NCBI GenBank assembly: GCA_903900795.1 | Contig: CAIUOO010000425.1 | Span: forward strand, 1 to 63,556 | From: an uncultured Gemmatimonadota bacterium | Lineage (GTDB): Bacteria; Gemmatimonadota; Gemmatimonadetes; Gemmatimonadales; Gemmatimonadaceae | Direction: 5' to 3' | DNA: 63,556 nt | Part shown: positions 8,998 through 18,397 of the stretch, piece after piece | Numbering within the stretch: position 1 is the stretch's first letter | Layout of the letters: every line of letters starts with the position of its first letter | Notes under the pieces: model-generated | Seen by the model: the letters and a program-made list of their open reading frames with translations, nothing else | Database searches by the model: none | Told to the model about the DNA's origin: nothing | Made by a program: the position numbers and the translations under genes

Positions 8998-10803
8998 TCA
9001 GGCGCGAAGTCCGAGTGCGTGTGCCGCGTACCAGACCGTGTGAGCCAGCAACCCGGCCAACGCGGCGTCGCCACCGTTGCCCATCGCCTTGCCCTCGGCA
9101 TCCACGAACTCGGCGGCGATCCCGTTATCGAGTGGAGCGCGGCGGAGCCACGTGAGCACCTCCTGCGCTTCCGGACCCAAGAGGCGCGCGATCTGCGGTA
9201 ACAGCGGCGACACCAATGAGTCAGGAGCGGCCCCGTCGCCTCGGAGGGCGCGCACCGAGCGACGGTACAGCGAATCATCCCGATCGAGCGCCTCGTACAG
9301 CGGTAACCACAAGAGCGAACCGACGGCATCGTCGTCCAGCGACGCATTCCCCGTGAGGTCGACCGCCACGGCCAACCGTGCCTTCTCGCCACGATCCACC
9401 GCGAAATGACGACGAATCGCGGCGCGTACGGCAGCAGGATCTTCGACGCCGGCAGCCGCCTCTTCATCGAGCGTGCGCCGGAAGACCTCCAGCGCGAGCG
9501 CTACGACCGCGTTGCCGTGCAGCGTGAATGGGTATTTGGCCGGTGCGCCCGACGGCATCACTTCGGTGGAGTACAGCGGCACCCGCTCATCCCGGCGCGC
9601 CGTTATGTCCTCGGACGCCAGATAGAGCGTGTCGGCCACGACGGGATCCCCGACGATCTGATCGTCTTCCGAATCGCGGATGTAGCGATCGGTGGCGATG
9701 GCAAACGCCGCTGGACCTTCAATACTGAAGCCGGGCTGAAACAACGTGCCGTCGATATAATGCACACCCTGTCCGGGTGCATAGCCATGCAGCTCACAGG
9801 CGCGCACGAGGAGTTCTCGCGCGAGGCCGGTGTCCGCCAACTGGACGGCCGGCAACGTCCACATCAGCGCTTCCCAATCGCGCACCGTGCACCCCATCGA
9901 ATGCCATGGTGCCCGCGACCGCACGAGGTAGTAGTGGGCGTCGTCCAGCCCGCGACCGACGCCGTAAAAGTACGCGAACAGCAAATTGCGATTGACGATG
10001 CGATCCATCACATCGCTGCCGGTCGACTGTTCGAGCGCCGACAGGGCTTCGCGGGTTGCCGTCAGCAGTGCGCGCCAACCGCGGCGGCGCAGTACCGCGA
10101 CCGTGGCCTGCGCGCCGTCGCGTTCCGGGCCAACAGCGATGTAGAACGCGACCTGTACCGCGCCGTTCGCCGGTGCGACGAGGGCACGCCGGATGGCGAA
10201 CGGCCGCGCCTCGCGAGACGCCCCGGTCGGTGCCTCGAGTGTCGCTGGACCGTCACAACCAATCGCGATCGCGGCGAGTCCGGGAATCGCCGCGCCTTCC
10301 AGCAGCAACACGTCATCGGGACCGACGCTCACGAGATGGTCGTCGTCAAACGGGCGCGGCGTCCGTACGCGCTGCTGACGATGCCCCAGCGCCCCTTCGA
10401 GTGCGATCTCCAGCAGGATGTCGGTCGCCCCACGATTCTCAACCGCGAACGTGTACACGGCACCAGCCATATCGGCATCGCGCCCGTACGGAGCGAAGAG
10501 GGTCCCCCGAACTACCAGAGAACCAATCGTGCACGTAAACGTCGGCAACCAGCCCACGGCCCGCTCCCACGCGATGCCTTCCGCCGCGAGCACACGGACT
10601 TCGCCGTCAACGCGCAACACCGGGCCCATGAGCGGGGTACCTTGCCCCGACATGAACTCCGGCGACCCGGCGAACTCAATGGCCGCCCGCGCCCCACGAT
10701 GTAACACCCCGAGCGCGTGAATGGCGCCATCGGTCGGGTTGATGCACGGCAGGGTCAGCCAGTGGTTCCCGGTGAGTTGCCAAGGGACAGAAGGAAGATG
10801 CAC
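8998..10803 (-). CDS. putative six-hairpin glycosidase (GH125/DUF1237-like)
   Basis: N-terminal beta-rich part and helical C-terminal part with RDWEALMWTLPAVQLAD-LARELL, HYIDG, LDDDAVGSLLWLP, DNGIAAE motifs recalling GH125-like proteins; family call from recall only. Confidence 0.55.
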   Translation of the reverse strand: MHLPSVPWQLTGNHWLTLPCINPTDGAIHALGVLHRGARAAIEFAGSPEFMSGQGTPLMGPVLRVDGEVRVLAAEGIAWERAVGWLPTFTCTIGSLVVRGTLFAPYGRDADMAGAVYTFAVENRGATDILLEIALEGALGHRQQRVRTPRPFDDDHLVSVGPDDVLLLEGAAIPGLAAIAIGCDGPATLEAPTGASREARPFAIRRALVAPANGAVQVAFYIAVGPERDGAQATVAVLRRRGWRALLTATREALSALEQSTGSDVMDRIVNRNLLFAYFYGVGRGLDDAHYYLVRSRAPWHSMGCTVRDWEALMWTLPAVQLADTGLARELLVRACELHGYAPGQGVHYIDGTLFQPGFSIEGPAAFAIATDRYIRDSEDDQIVGDPVVADTLYLASEDITARRDERVPLYSTEVMPSGAPAKYPFTLHGNAVVALALEVFRRTLDEEAAAGVEDPAAVRAAIRRHFAVDRGEKARLAVAVDLTGNASLDDDAVGSLLWLPLYEALDRDDSLYRRSVRALRGDGAAPDSLVSPLLPQIARLLGPEAQEVLTWLRRAPLDNGIAAEFVDAEGKAMGNGGDAALAGLLAHTVWYAAHALGLRA

Positions 10804-10838
10804 AGCACGCTCGCTAGATGACGGGACGAGGGGCTTCG

Positions 10839-10867
10839 TTGACGCCCCCTCTGATACGGGCTAATCT
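10839..10867 (+). promoter_or_regulatory. sigma70-like promoter
   Basis: TTGACG-N17-TAATCT upstream of the 10914 ORF. Confidence 0.6.
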
Positions 10868-10913
10868 AGCCGGTTCGTCGCACGACGCTCCCTGACCGAC
10901 GCCCGACCGCGGC

Positions 10914-12680
10914 GTGGGTTGGAAACGGCCTGCTTCACCCTGCACACGACCACTCGCCTTGGCCTTCTACCGACTGACGTCTGCGCCTCGTTTCGTTTTC
11001 TCGCGTCGCGCGTTCTCGCGTCACGCGCTGCTCGCTTTCAGCGGTGCACTCCTCGCGAGCGCGTCCGCCCGACCGAGCTCCCTCCATGCGCAGACCGTGG
11101 CCGGACTGGGCGATGACGCCATTCCCCTGCCGAAGGGGAGTAAACGGTTCCTGATCTCCGGGTTATGGAACGACTGGGATGCCGTGTACACGCCCGCGGC
11201 GACCGGTGGCAGCACACGGCGGCCGCTGCTTGGCGCCTTGGCCACGTCGAACGCGGGCGTCGCGATCTTCCCCCAGCTCGCTTCAACCGAGGCCGGCCTG
11301 CGTACGCTGACGGGTCAGTCGAGCTTTGCGCTCTCGCTCGGCGCGCTCGACGCCACGGGTGAGGTCCGGCAGAGCATTGCGCCACTCGGGGTCAGCCTTG
11401 GTCTCACGCGCCGCCTCTCGCTCCGGCTGCTCGTGCCATACGTGGAGTCCCGCGACGTCTCGCAGCTCCTGTTGAACCGCGTCGGCTCGACGGCGAACGT
11501 GGGCATGAACCCGGCGTACGCCGCGAGCACCGGCGTTGCGGCGCGTTCGACGAACGGCGCCCTCCTGTCGCAGCTCGATCTCGCCCGCACGCGCCTGACC
11601 GCCGAGATCACGCGGTGTGCCTCGACCACCGCGACGGGATGCGATGCCATCCGCGCGAACGTGGGGGCCGCGCAGGCGTTGCTCATTCGCGCCGGTGCCA
11701 CCCGAACAGCCATCGCCGCAGTGTACGGCGATGCCAAGGCCGGCGGCGCGCCGGTGGTCCCGATCGCGAACGGGAGCGCACAGGCCGCGGTTCGCGCGAC
11801 GATCGCCACCCTCCGGACAGACTTCGCGACCTTCGGGGTCACCAACATCGTCGAAGGGGCCGCACCAGCGGGCGCGAGTACCATCTACGGTCCCGGCGGC
11901 ATCTCGCGCATCGTCGGCGACACCGCGTGGAAGCTGAGCTACGGTCGTGTCGGCAACACGCGTCGAGCCGGCATTGGCGACATTGATCTCACCGCATCGT
12001 ATCTCCTGTTCGATAGCTTCCAGGCCGATCAGGTGCGGCGACTGCTCACACCGTCGCGTGGGGTGCGCAGCATGCTCACCGCCGGCTGGCGCTTCGGCAC
12101 GGCCGGCGCCGACCGCACCGACGACCCGTTCGACGTGCCAATCGGTGACGGCGCCAACGCGCTGCTGGTGCGAAGCACCACGGACCTTGTGCTCAGCCGT
12201 TCGTTCTGGATGAGCGCGACCGCTCGTGCGGTGAAACCGCTGTCCGACGAGATCGCGGTCGCGCTGCCCCTCCGCAGCGATGCGAACGTCTTCGACACAT
12301 TCGCGGTGCGCCGCGCCACGCGATCGCTCGGCACACGGGTCGAACTCGAAGTCGCGCCGCGATGGTCGTTCGGTCAGTTCTTCGGTATTTCGGCAGCGTA
12401 TCTGGTGCGACGGTGGGGGGCCGATCGGTACGACGACGGCGATCCCGCCTCGAGTACACCGCTCAGAGGTGACGACGCAGTGCCGTCGCGCACGATGCAT
12501 GCGGCCGCCTTCGGCGCGAGCTTCTCGACGCTGGCGAGCTACATGCGCGGCCGCTCCCGCTTCCCGGCCGAAGTCATCTACTCACACACGATTCCGGTCG
12601 CCGGATCCGGCGGGACGACCCCCGCGTCGACGAGCGACCGACTTGAACTACGCGTCTATACTGGCTTCCCCCGACGCTGA
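10914..12680 (+). CDS. hypothetical exported protein, possible outer-membrane beta-barrel
   Basis: Signal-peptide-like N-terminus (SRRAFSRHALLAFSGALLA...LHA|Q), alternating beta-strand patterns in the C-terminal half, GC3-rich codons; exact start uncertain. Confidence 0.7.
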   Translation: MGWKRPASPCTRPLALAFYRLTSAPRFVFSRRAFSRHALLAFSGALLASASARPSSLHAQTVAGLGDDAIPLPKGSKRFLISGLWNDWDAVYTPAATGGSTRRPLLGALATSNAGVAIFPQLASTEAGLRTLTGQSSFALSLGALDATGEVRQSIAPLGVSLGLTRRLSLRLLVPYVESRDVSQLLLNRVGSTANVGMNPAYAASTGVAARSTNGALLSQLDLARTRLTAEITRCASTTATGCDAIRANVGAAQALLIRAGATRTAIAAVYGDAKAGGAPVVPIANGSAQAAVRATIATLRTDFATFGVTNIVEGAAPAGASTIYGPGGISRIVGDTAWKLSYGRVGNTRRAGIGDIDLTASYLLFDSFQADQVRRLLTPSRGVRSMLTAGWRFGTAGADRTDDPFDVPIGDGANALLVRSTTDLVLSRSFWMSATARAVKPLSDEIAVALPLRSDANVFDTFAVRRATRSLGTRVELEVAPRWSFGQFFGISAAYLVRRWGADRYDDGDPASSTPLRGDDAVPSRTMHAAAFGASFSTLASYMRGRSRFPAEVIYSHTIPVAGSGGTTPASTSDRLELRVYTGFPRR

Positions 12681-14380
12681 CGCGCCGGGGCCACGTCCGC
12701 CGTTTCGCTGTCCTCATCCTCACCGCGCGCCAGGAGTTCGCGTGCATGCGCTCGGCTGACCTCGCGGTCAGCGTCGCCGCCGAGCATGCGCGCGATCTCG
12801 ATCACCCGCGGCTCGTCGCGTACGACCATCGTGTCCGCCGTGGTCACGGTACCGATGGCACTCTTCCGCACTACGACGTGGTGATGCGCGCGGGCCGCGA
12901 TCTGCGCGAGATGTGAGATCGCGAGCACCTGATGATGCCTGGCCACGCGGCGCATGAGCGCGCCCACCTGCCACGCGACGGCGCCGCCAATGCCCGCATC
13001 CACTTCGTCGAACACGAGCGTCGGCACCTGCTGCAGGCGCGCGAGCACCGTGCTGAGCGCCAACATGACGCGCGCGAGTTCACCACCCGAGGCCAAACGA
13101 CCGAGTGGACGCAGATCACTGCCAGTATTGAGCGCGGCCACGAACGTCACCTGCTCCGCGCCGAACGCCCCGATGTGCTCGACCGGCGACAGCACGACCT
13201 GCAAGCGCCCTTCCGGCATGCCCAGCTCCGGCAGCAATTGCGTGACCGCGTGGGCGAGCTGCTGTGCTCCAGACTGCCGACGGCGCGTCAGCTCGGCTGC
13301 CGCCTCGACGAGCGCCTCCTCCGCCGCGGCCCGTGCGTCCGCGATGGCCGCCAGATCCAGCGTGCCCCCGTCGACGAGATCGAGTTCAGTACGTGCGCGC
13401 GCTCCGGTATCAATCACTTCTTGCAACGTGGGGCCATGCTTGCGCATGAGGGAGAGCAGTTGATCGCGACGCCGCTCCAACGTGCGCAAGCGCGTCGGAT
13501 CCGCTTCGATCGACTCCGCATACGTCTCAAGCTCGCGCACCAGTTCATCCAGCGCGTACACCGCGGCATCGAAGCCGACCTGCCAGCGCCCGGCATCAGG
13601 ATCGATGCGCTCGAGTGACACGAGCGTGCGCCGCACACTGGCGAGACGCGTCAGCGCAGCGCGCTCATCACCGGAGACCGCCGTGGCGGCCTGTGCGGCC
13701 AGCGTCTGTAACTCCTCGGCATGCGACAAGCGACGGATCTCACCATCGAGCGTTTCATCCTCGCCGACGACCGGATTGGCGTCATCGATTTCGCGCGCCA
13801 CGAAGCGCAGATAGTCCGCGCGCTTCGCCGCCTCCTGACGGCGCACCTCAAGCTCGCGCTCACGGCTACGCAGCGCACCGAGCTGCACGCAGGCATCGGC
13901 GACGCGCGCCCGCACGTCGAGCGCGCCCGTGAACGCGTCGAGGACATCGCGCTGATGTTCGGGATCGACCAGTTGGCGCGAATCATGCTGCCCGAGCACG
14001 CTCACCAAGCGCGATCCGACCTCGGCCAAGACGGCGGCGGTGACCGGAGATCCATTGATCCACGCCCGAGAGCGTCCGTTACTGCCGATCTCGCGCTTGA
14101 GGACCAACGTCTCCTCGTCGGCGTCGATGCCGCGCTCATCGAGCATCGTGCGCAATCCCGGCATGGAGCCCGGCTCGAACACGCCCTCGACCGTCGCTCT
14201 GTCGGCCCCGCTGCGTACGCGGTCGGTGGCCGCCCGCTCACCCAGCAGCATGCCCAGCGCGCCAACGATGAGTGACTTGCCGGCGCCGGTTTCGCCCGTC
14301 AGCACGTTGAGCCCCGCGCCAAGGGGCAAGGCGACCGTATCGATGACAGCCACGTTGCGAATGCGGAGCTCGACGAGCAT
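12656..14380 (-). CDS. recN: DNA repair protein RecN
   Basis: TGETGAGKS, ASGGELAR, FDEVDAGIGG, ISHLAQIAA, EIARMLGG. Confidence 0.97.
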   Translation of the reverse strand: MLVELRIRNVAVIDTVALPLGAGLNVLTGETGAGKSLIVGALGMLLGERAATDRVRSGADRATVEGVFEPGSMPGLRTMLDERGIDADEETLVLKREIGSNGRSRAWINGSPVTAAVLAEVGSRLVSVLGQHDSRQLVDPEHQRDVLDAFTGALDVRARVADACVQLGALRSRERELEVRRQEAAKRADYLRFVAREIDDANPVVGEDETLDGEIRRLSHAEELQTLAAQAATAVSGDERAALTRLASVRRTLVSLERIDPDAGRWQVGFDAAVYALDELVRELETYAESIEADPTRLRTLERRRDQLLSLMRKHGPTLQEVIDTGARARTELDLVDGGTLDLAAIADARAAAEEALVEAAAELTRRRQSGAQQLAHAVTQLLPELGMPEGRLQVVLSPVEHIGAFGAEQVTFVAALNTGSDLRPLGRLASGGELARVMLALSTVLARLQQVPTLVFDEVDAGIGGAVAWQVGALMRRVARHHQVLAISHLAQIAARAHHHVVVRKSAIGTVTTADTMVVRDEPRVIEIARMLGGDADREVSRAHARELLARGEDEDSETADVAPARQRRGKPV

Positions 14381-14391
14381 GCGCTACCTCC

Positions 14392-15264
14392 TCAAATCGT
14401 CTCGCCGTCGCGCTCGGACAGCCCACCCCACCCGAGCTTCCGGCGCAATCGCGTAAAGAACGTGGTGCCCGGAAAGCGCACGATCTGCACCGCGTGTCGC
14501 GCCCGGCGAACCACCAACGTCTCGCCACCGGTGAAAGTAGTCCCGACCTGACCGTCGATCGTCACCAAAAGTTCTTCAGGCCCATCCTCCGCACGCACTT
14601 TGACTTCGACCTGCGGCGGCAGCACCAGCGGGCGCATGGCGAGCGTGTGCGGCGAGACGGGCGTGAGCACAATGCTCTCCACCGTCGGCACCACAATCGG
14701 GCCACCCGCGGACAGCGAGTACCCCGTCGAGCCGGTCGGCGTGGACACGACCAGTCCATCGGCCGAGTACGACCCGATGGCTTCATCGTCCACGAACACG
14801 GTGAATTTCACCAGGCGCGCGAAGCCACCCTTATGCAAGACGACATCATTCAGCGAGAGCCAGCTGCACCGTTCGACACCATCGCGATTGAGGGCACAGG
14901 ACTCGAGCGCCATGCGCGGCTCGGACACGAAGTCCCCCGCCGCAAAGCGGCGCACACCGGCCTCGAACTCCTCACCGCTGCACGCCGTCAGGAATCCAAG
15001 ATGGCCGAGATTGATGCCGAGAATCGGCACGGTGCGCCCGTTGAGAAAGCGGGCACCGCGCAGCAGTGTCCCGTCTCCGCCAAGCGTAAACAACGCATCG
15101 ACCTGTTCCGGCGTCTCGAGCTGCCCGCCCTGCTCCGCGATCTCCCAGAGATCCTTTTCAAACAGTAACGTAAGTCCGAGCGCGGGCGCGATGTCGAGCA
15201 GCGTGCCAAGGATCGCGGGCAGTCCCACATACCCCTTATGGCCGATGACGCCGACGCGCATCAA
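14392..15264 (-). CDS. nadK: NAD kinase
   Basis: GGDGTLL, GINLGHLGFL, DGLVVSTPTGSTGYSLSAGGP. Confidence 0.97.
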   Translation of the reverse strand: MMRVGVIGHKGYVGLPAILGTLLDIAPALGLTLLFEKDLWEIAEQGGQLETPEQVDALFTLGGDGTLLRGARFLNGRTVPILGINLGHLGFLTACSGEEFEAGVRRFAAGDFVSEPRMALESCALNRDGVERCSWLSLNDVVLHKGGFARLVKFTVFVDDEAIGSYSADGLVVSTPTGSTGYSLSAGGPIVVPTVESIVLTPVSPHTLAMRPLVLPPQVEVKVRAEDGPEELLVTIDGQVGTTFTGGETLVVRRARHAVQIVRFPGTTFFTRLRRKLGWGGLSERDGETI

Positions 15265-17153
15265 CCGGCGAGTGCTTCAGACGCGCGCAACGCACGCACG
15301 CGATCCGCGATTCCGCCCGGGTCGAGCCCGAGCGACGACAGTTGCTTCTTGCGCGGTGCCGAATAGATGATGCGATCCGGCACACCGTGCACCGACGTGC
15401 GCACCGTGGGTGCCTGCTGGTGAATCACCGTGCTGATAAACGCCCCGAACCCGTTGACGACGGTCCCCTCTTCGACGGTGAGCACGTGCGTGTGGCTGGC
15501 GAGAATCGCGTTCAGCGTGACCTCGTCGTACGGCTTCATGTATCGACAGTTCACCACCGTAACGTCCATGCCGTCGGCCGCGAGCAGGTCGGCGGCCGCC
15601 AGCGCTGGATTCACCATGGTGCCGACGGCGAGAATGGCAACATCGCGGCCGCGACGCAGGACTTCCCAGGACGCATACGGCGTCGCGGCAATCTGCGACA
15701 TTGCGCCGGGAATGTCTGGCGACGCATCACGCGGATAACGGAAACAGAACGGCCCGTCGGTGTGCTCCACGGCCGCACGCAACAGGCCGAGCATCTCCGC
15801 GCCGTCCTTGGGCGCCGCCACCGTCATGCCAGGGACGGTGAGCATGTACGCGATATCGTACAGTCCCATGTGCGTTTCGCCATCCTCCCCCACCAGACCG
15901 GCGCGGTCCATCGCGAACACAACGGGGAGCTTCTGCAGCGCCGCATCGTGAATGATGTTGTCGTAGGCACGCTGGAGGAACGTAGAATAGATCGTCACGA
16001 TGGGCCGCACCCCGCGTGTGGCCAGTCCCGAGGCGAACGTAACACCATGTCCCTCGGCGATCCCGACGTCGAAAAACCGCTCGGGGAATGCCGTGGCGAA
16101 CGGCACCGTGCCCGTACCGGTCGGCATGGCGGCCGTGATCACGGCGATGTCCTTGCGCTCCGCACCGAGTTCGGCGAGCCCCTTGCCGTACACCGCGGTG
16201 TACGCGGGATTCGCCGTGGAAACCGCCAGCTGCTTACCGGTGGCCGGATCGTGTCCAGGAGGAAGGGCATGCCACTTCTCGCCGTGATCGCCGGCGGGAA
16301 ACCCCTTGCCCTTCTTCGTAATCACATGCACCAAGCGCGGCGTATTCATCGCGCGGACCGCCGTGAACGTCTCGAGCAACGCATCGAGATCGTGTCCGTC
16401 GATCGGACCGAAGTAGCGGAAGCCGAGTTCTTCGAAGAGCACACCGGGCGTGAGCAGCGACTTCATGCTCTCTTCCCACTTCCGCACGAGGGTGCTCACA
16501 CCGGCGAAGGGCGCCGGGGCATTGTCCACCAGATCCCCGATGCGTGAGCGCAACCGGTTGTACAGCGGGTTGCGCTGAATGCTCGTGAGATACTTGTGCA
16601 TCGCACCGACGTTCGGCGCGATCGACATCTCGTTGTCGTTCAGCACGACAATGATGTCCCGATCCGAATGCCCGGCGTTGTTGAGGCCCTCGTACGCGAG
16701 ACCGGAGCCCAACGAACCGTCACCGATGATGGCGGCCACCTTGAACTGCTCACCGAGAACGTCGCGTCCGGCCGCCATACCGAGCGCGGCAGAAATCGCC
16801 GTCGCAGCATGTCCCGCGCCGAACGTATCGTATTCGCTCTCGGTCCGCTTGAGAAAGCCCGACAATCCGCTTTCCTGTCGCAGTGACTCCATCTCCGAAT
16901 TCCGTCCCGTCAGCAGCTTATGCGGATAGGCCTGGTGGCCGACGTCCCACACCAGCTGGTCCGTCGGCGTTTCAAAGACCGTATGCAGCGCGATGGTCAG
17001 CTCGACCACGCCAAGCCCAGCGCCGATGTGGCCACCGGTGCGAGAGCAGACGTCGATCAGGCGCTCGCGCATGTCCTGCGCGAGCGTGCGGAGCTGATCG
17101 CGCGACAGACCACGGAGATCCGCGGGTGAATTGATGCCTTCGAGAATGGACAT
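15261..17153 (-). CDS. dxs: 1-deoxy-D-xylulose-5-phosphate synthase
   Basis: WDVGHQAYPHKLLTGR, GDGS, LNDNEMSI, DVGIAE, YSTFLQRAYD, DRAGLVGEDG. Confidence 0.97.
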   Translation of the reverse strand: MSILEGINSPADLRGLSRDQLRTLAQDMRERLIDVCSRTGGHIGAGLGVVELTIALHTVFETPTDQLVWDVGHQAYPHKLLTGRNSEMESLRQESGLSGFLKRTESEYDTFGAGHAATAISAALGMAAGRDVLGEQFKVAAIIGDGSLGSGLAYEGLNNAGHSDRDIIVVLNDNEMSIAPNVGAMHKYLTSIQRNPLYNRLRSRIGDLVDNAPAPFAGVSTLVRKWEESMKSLLTPGVLFEELGFRYFGPIDGHDLDALLETFTAVRAMNTPRLVHVITKKGKGFPAGDHGEKWHALPPGHDPATGKQLAVSTANPAYTAVYGKGLAELGAERKDIAVITAAMPTGTGTVPFATAFPERFFDVGIAEGHGVTFASGLATRGVRPIVTIYSTFLQRAYDNIIHDAALQKLPVVFAMDRAGLVGEDGETHMGLYDIAYMLTVPGMTVAAPKDGAEMLGLLRAAVEHTDGPFCFRYPRDASPDIPGAMSQIAATPYASWEVLRRGRDVAILAVGTMVNPALAAADLLAADGMDVTVVNCRYMKPYDEVTLNAILASHTHVLTVEEGTVVNGFGAFISTVIHQQAPTVRTSVHGVPDRIIYSAPRKKQLSSLGLDPGGIADRVRALRASEALAG

Positions 17154-17188
17154 GACGGAGTCAGGATGTGCGTCGCGGGAGACGTTCG

Positions 17189-17219
17189 CGGCGGTCAGGT
17201 ACGGCGGTCAGGTACGGCG
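17189..17219. repeat. 13-bp tandem direct repeat (about 2.4 copies)
   Basis: CGGCGGTCAGGTA CGGCGGTCAGGTA CGGCG in the ispA-dxs intergenic region. Confidence 0.85.
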
Positions 17220-17265
17220 AATTTCGGCACGGGCGTAAAGCGGACGTCGGGAGCAGTGCGCCCGC

Positions 17266-18180
17266 CTACGACCGCCGTTCAACGATATAGCGGGCCAACT
17301 GGTCGAGCGTCGGCGTCAGCAGCCCTTCGCCGGCCAGCGCCCGGCATCCTTCTTCGACCAACGCGACCGCGCGCTCAATCGCTCCATCCACGCCCAAGAG
17401 GGCGGGATAGGTGCTCTTATGCAGCGCGATGTCGCGACCAGCCGTCTTCCCCAACTGATCCGTCGTCGCTGTGATGTCCAGAACATCGTCGGCGATCTGG
17501 AAAGCGAGACCGATCGAGGCGCCATAGCGCGCGAGGGCGAGACGGCGCGACGCCGGAGCCAGTGCGGCCCGAGCCCCGAGGGTGACGGAGGCCATGATCA
17601 ACGCCCCCGTTTTGAGCCGGTGGACCCGCTCTAACGCCTCAAGGGTAAGGTGCACCCCTTCCGCCTCAAGATCGAGCAACTGCCCGCCAATCATCCCGCC
17701 GGCACCCGACGCATCCATCAGATCGCGCACAATGTCACCGGCGACCGCGTCGGACAGTCCCATCGCCTTCGCGGCGTGCCACGCGCTTCGTGCCGCCATC
17801 GGAACCATCGCCAGTCCGGCAGCAGTCGCCACCGGGACGCCGTACACCCGGTGCACCGTGGGACGCCCGCGCCGGACGTCATCGTCATCCATACACGGCA
17901 GATCATCGTGTACCAGCGAATACGCGTGTACGACCTCGACCGAGGCGGCAAGGTCTCTCGCATCGCCGGTGCCGCCGCAGGCGCGATAGGCCTCCAGCAG
18001 CAGAATGGCGCGCAGGCGCTTCCCTTCCCCGAGGAGCGAGTAGCGGATGGCCTCCGCCGTCAGCGGCGCGATGTCGCCGAGCCAGCGGGCGCAAAACACG
18101 TCGAGGGCCTGCTGCACCGCCGCGCGCTCGGCGGCGAACGACGGGGCGGACGTTTCGGTACTGGTTCCGACTGACGTCAT
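17266..18180 (-). CDS. ispA: polyprenyl (farnesyl) diphosphate synthase
   Basis: GKRLR, HAYSLVHDDLPCMDDDDVRRGRP, KTGAL, FQIADDVLD, GKTAG; start set at ATG 18180 just after the xseB stop. Confidence 0.92.
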   Translation of the reverse strand: MTSVGTSTETSAPSFAAERAAVQQALDVFCARWLGDIAPLTAEAIRYSLLGEGKRLRAILLLEAYRACGGTGDARDLAASVEVVHAYSLVHDDLPCMDDDDVRRGRPTVHRVYGVPVATAAGLAMVPMAARSAWHAAKAMGLSDAVAGDIVRDLMDASGAGGMIGGQLLDLEAEGVHLTLEALERVHRLKTGALIMASVTLGARAALAPASRRLALARYGASIGLAFQIADDVLDITATTDQLGKTAGRDIALHKSTYPALLGVDGAIERAVALVEEGCRALAGEGLLTPTLDQLARYIVERRS

Positions 18181-18184
18181 CAGT

Positions 18185-18397
18185 TCACCCACCGAGCTCG
18201 ACGACAGAGAATGAGCCATCGGCGGCCTCGACGAGCTGCTGTACCCGCGCATCGACCGTCTTGAGCGCCGCACCGGCCGACCGCAGATGGCTGATGCCTT
18301 CCTCGAACAGGCGCAAGGCCTGTTCGAGATCGACGTCGTTGCGCTCGAGCTCGCGCACGATCTCCTCTAAGCGGGTCAGTGACTGTTCGAAGCTCAT
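18185..18397 (-). CDS. xseB: exodeoxyribonuclease VII small subunit
   Basis: MSFEQSLTRLEEIVRELE...LEQALRLFEEG. Confidence 0.95.
   Translation of the reverse strand: MSFEQSLTRLEEIVRELERNDVDLEQALRLFEEGISHLRSAGAALKTVDARVQQLVEAADGSFSVVELGG

Noticed and set aside
8632-12680. Genomic island integrated at the tRNA genes (also checked at 55686-55956)
   Set aside because: No integrase or transposase, no duplicated tRNA 3' end found, and composition matches the flanks
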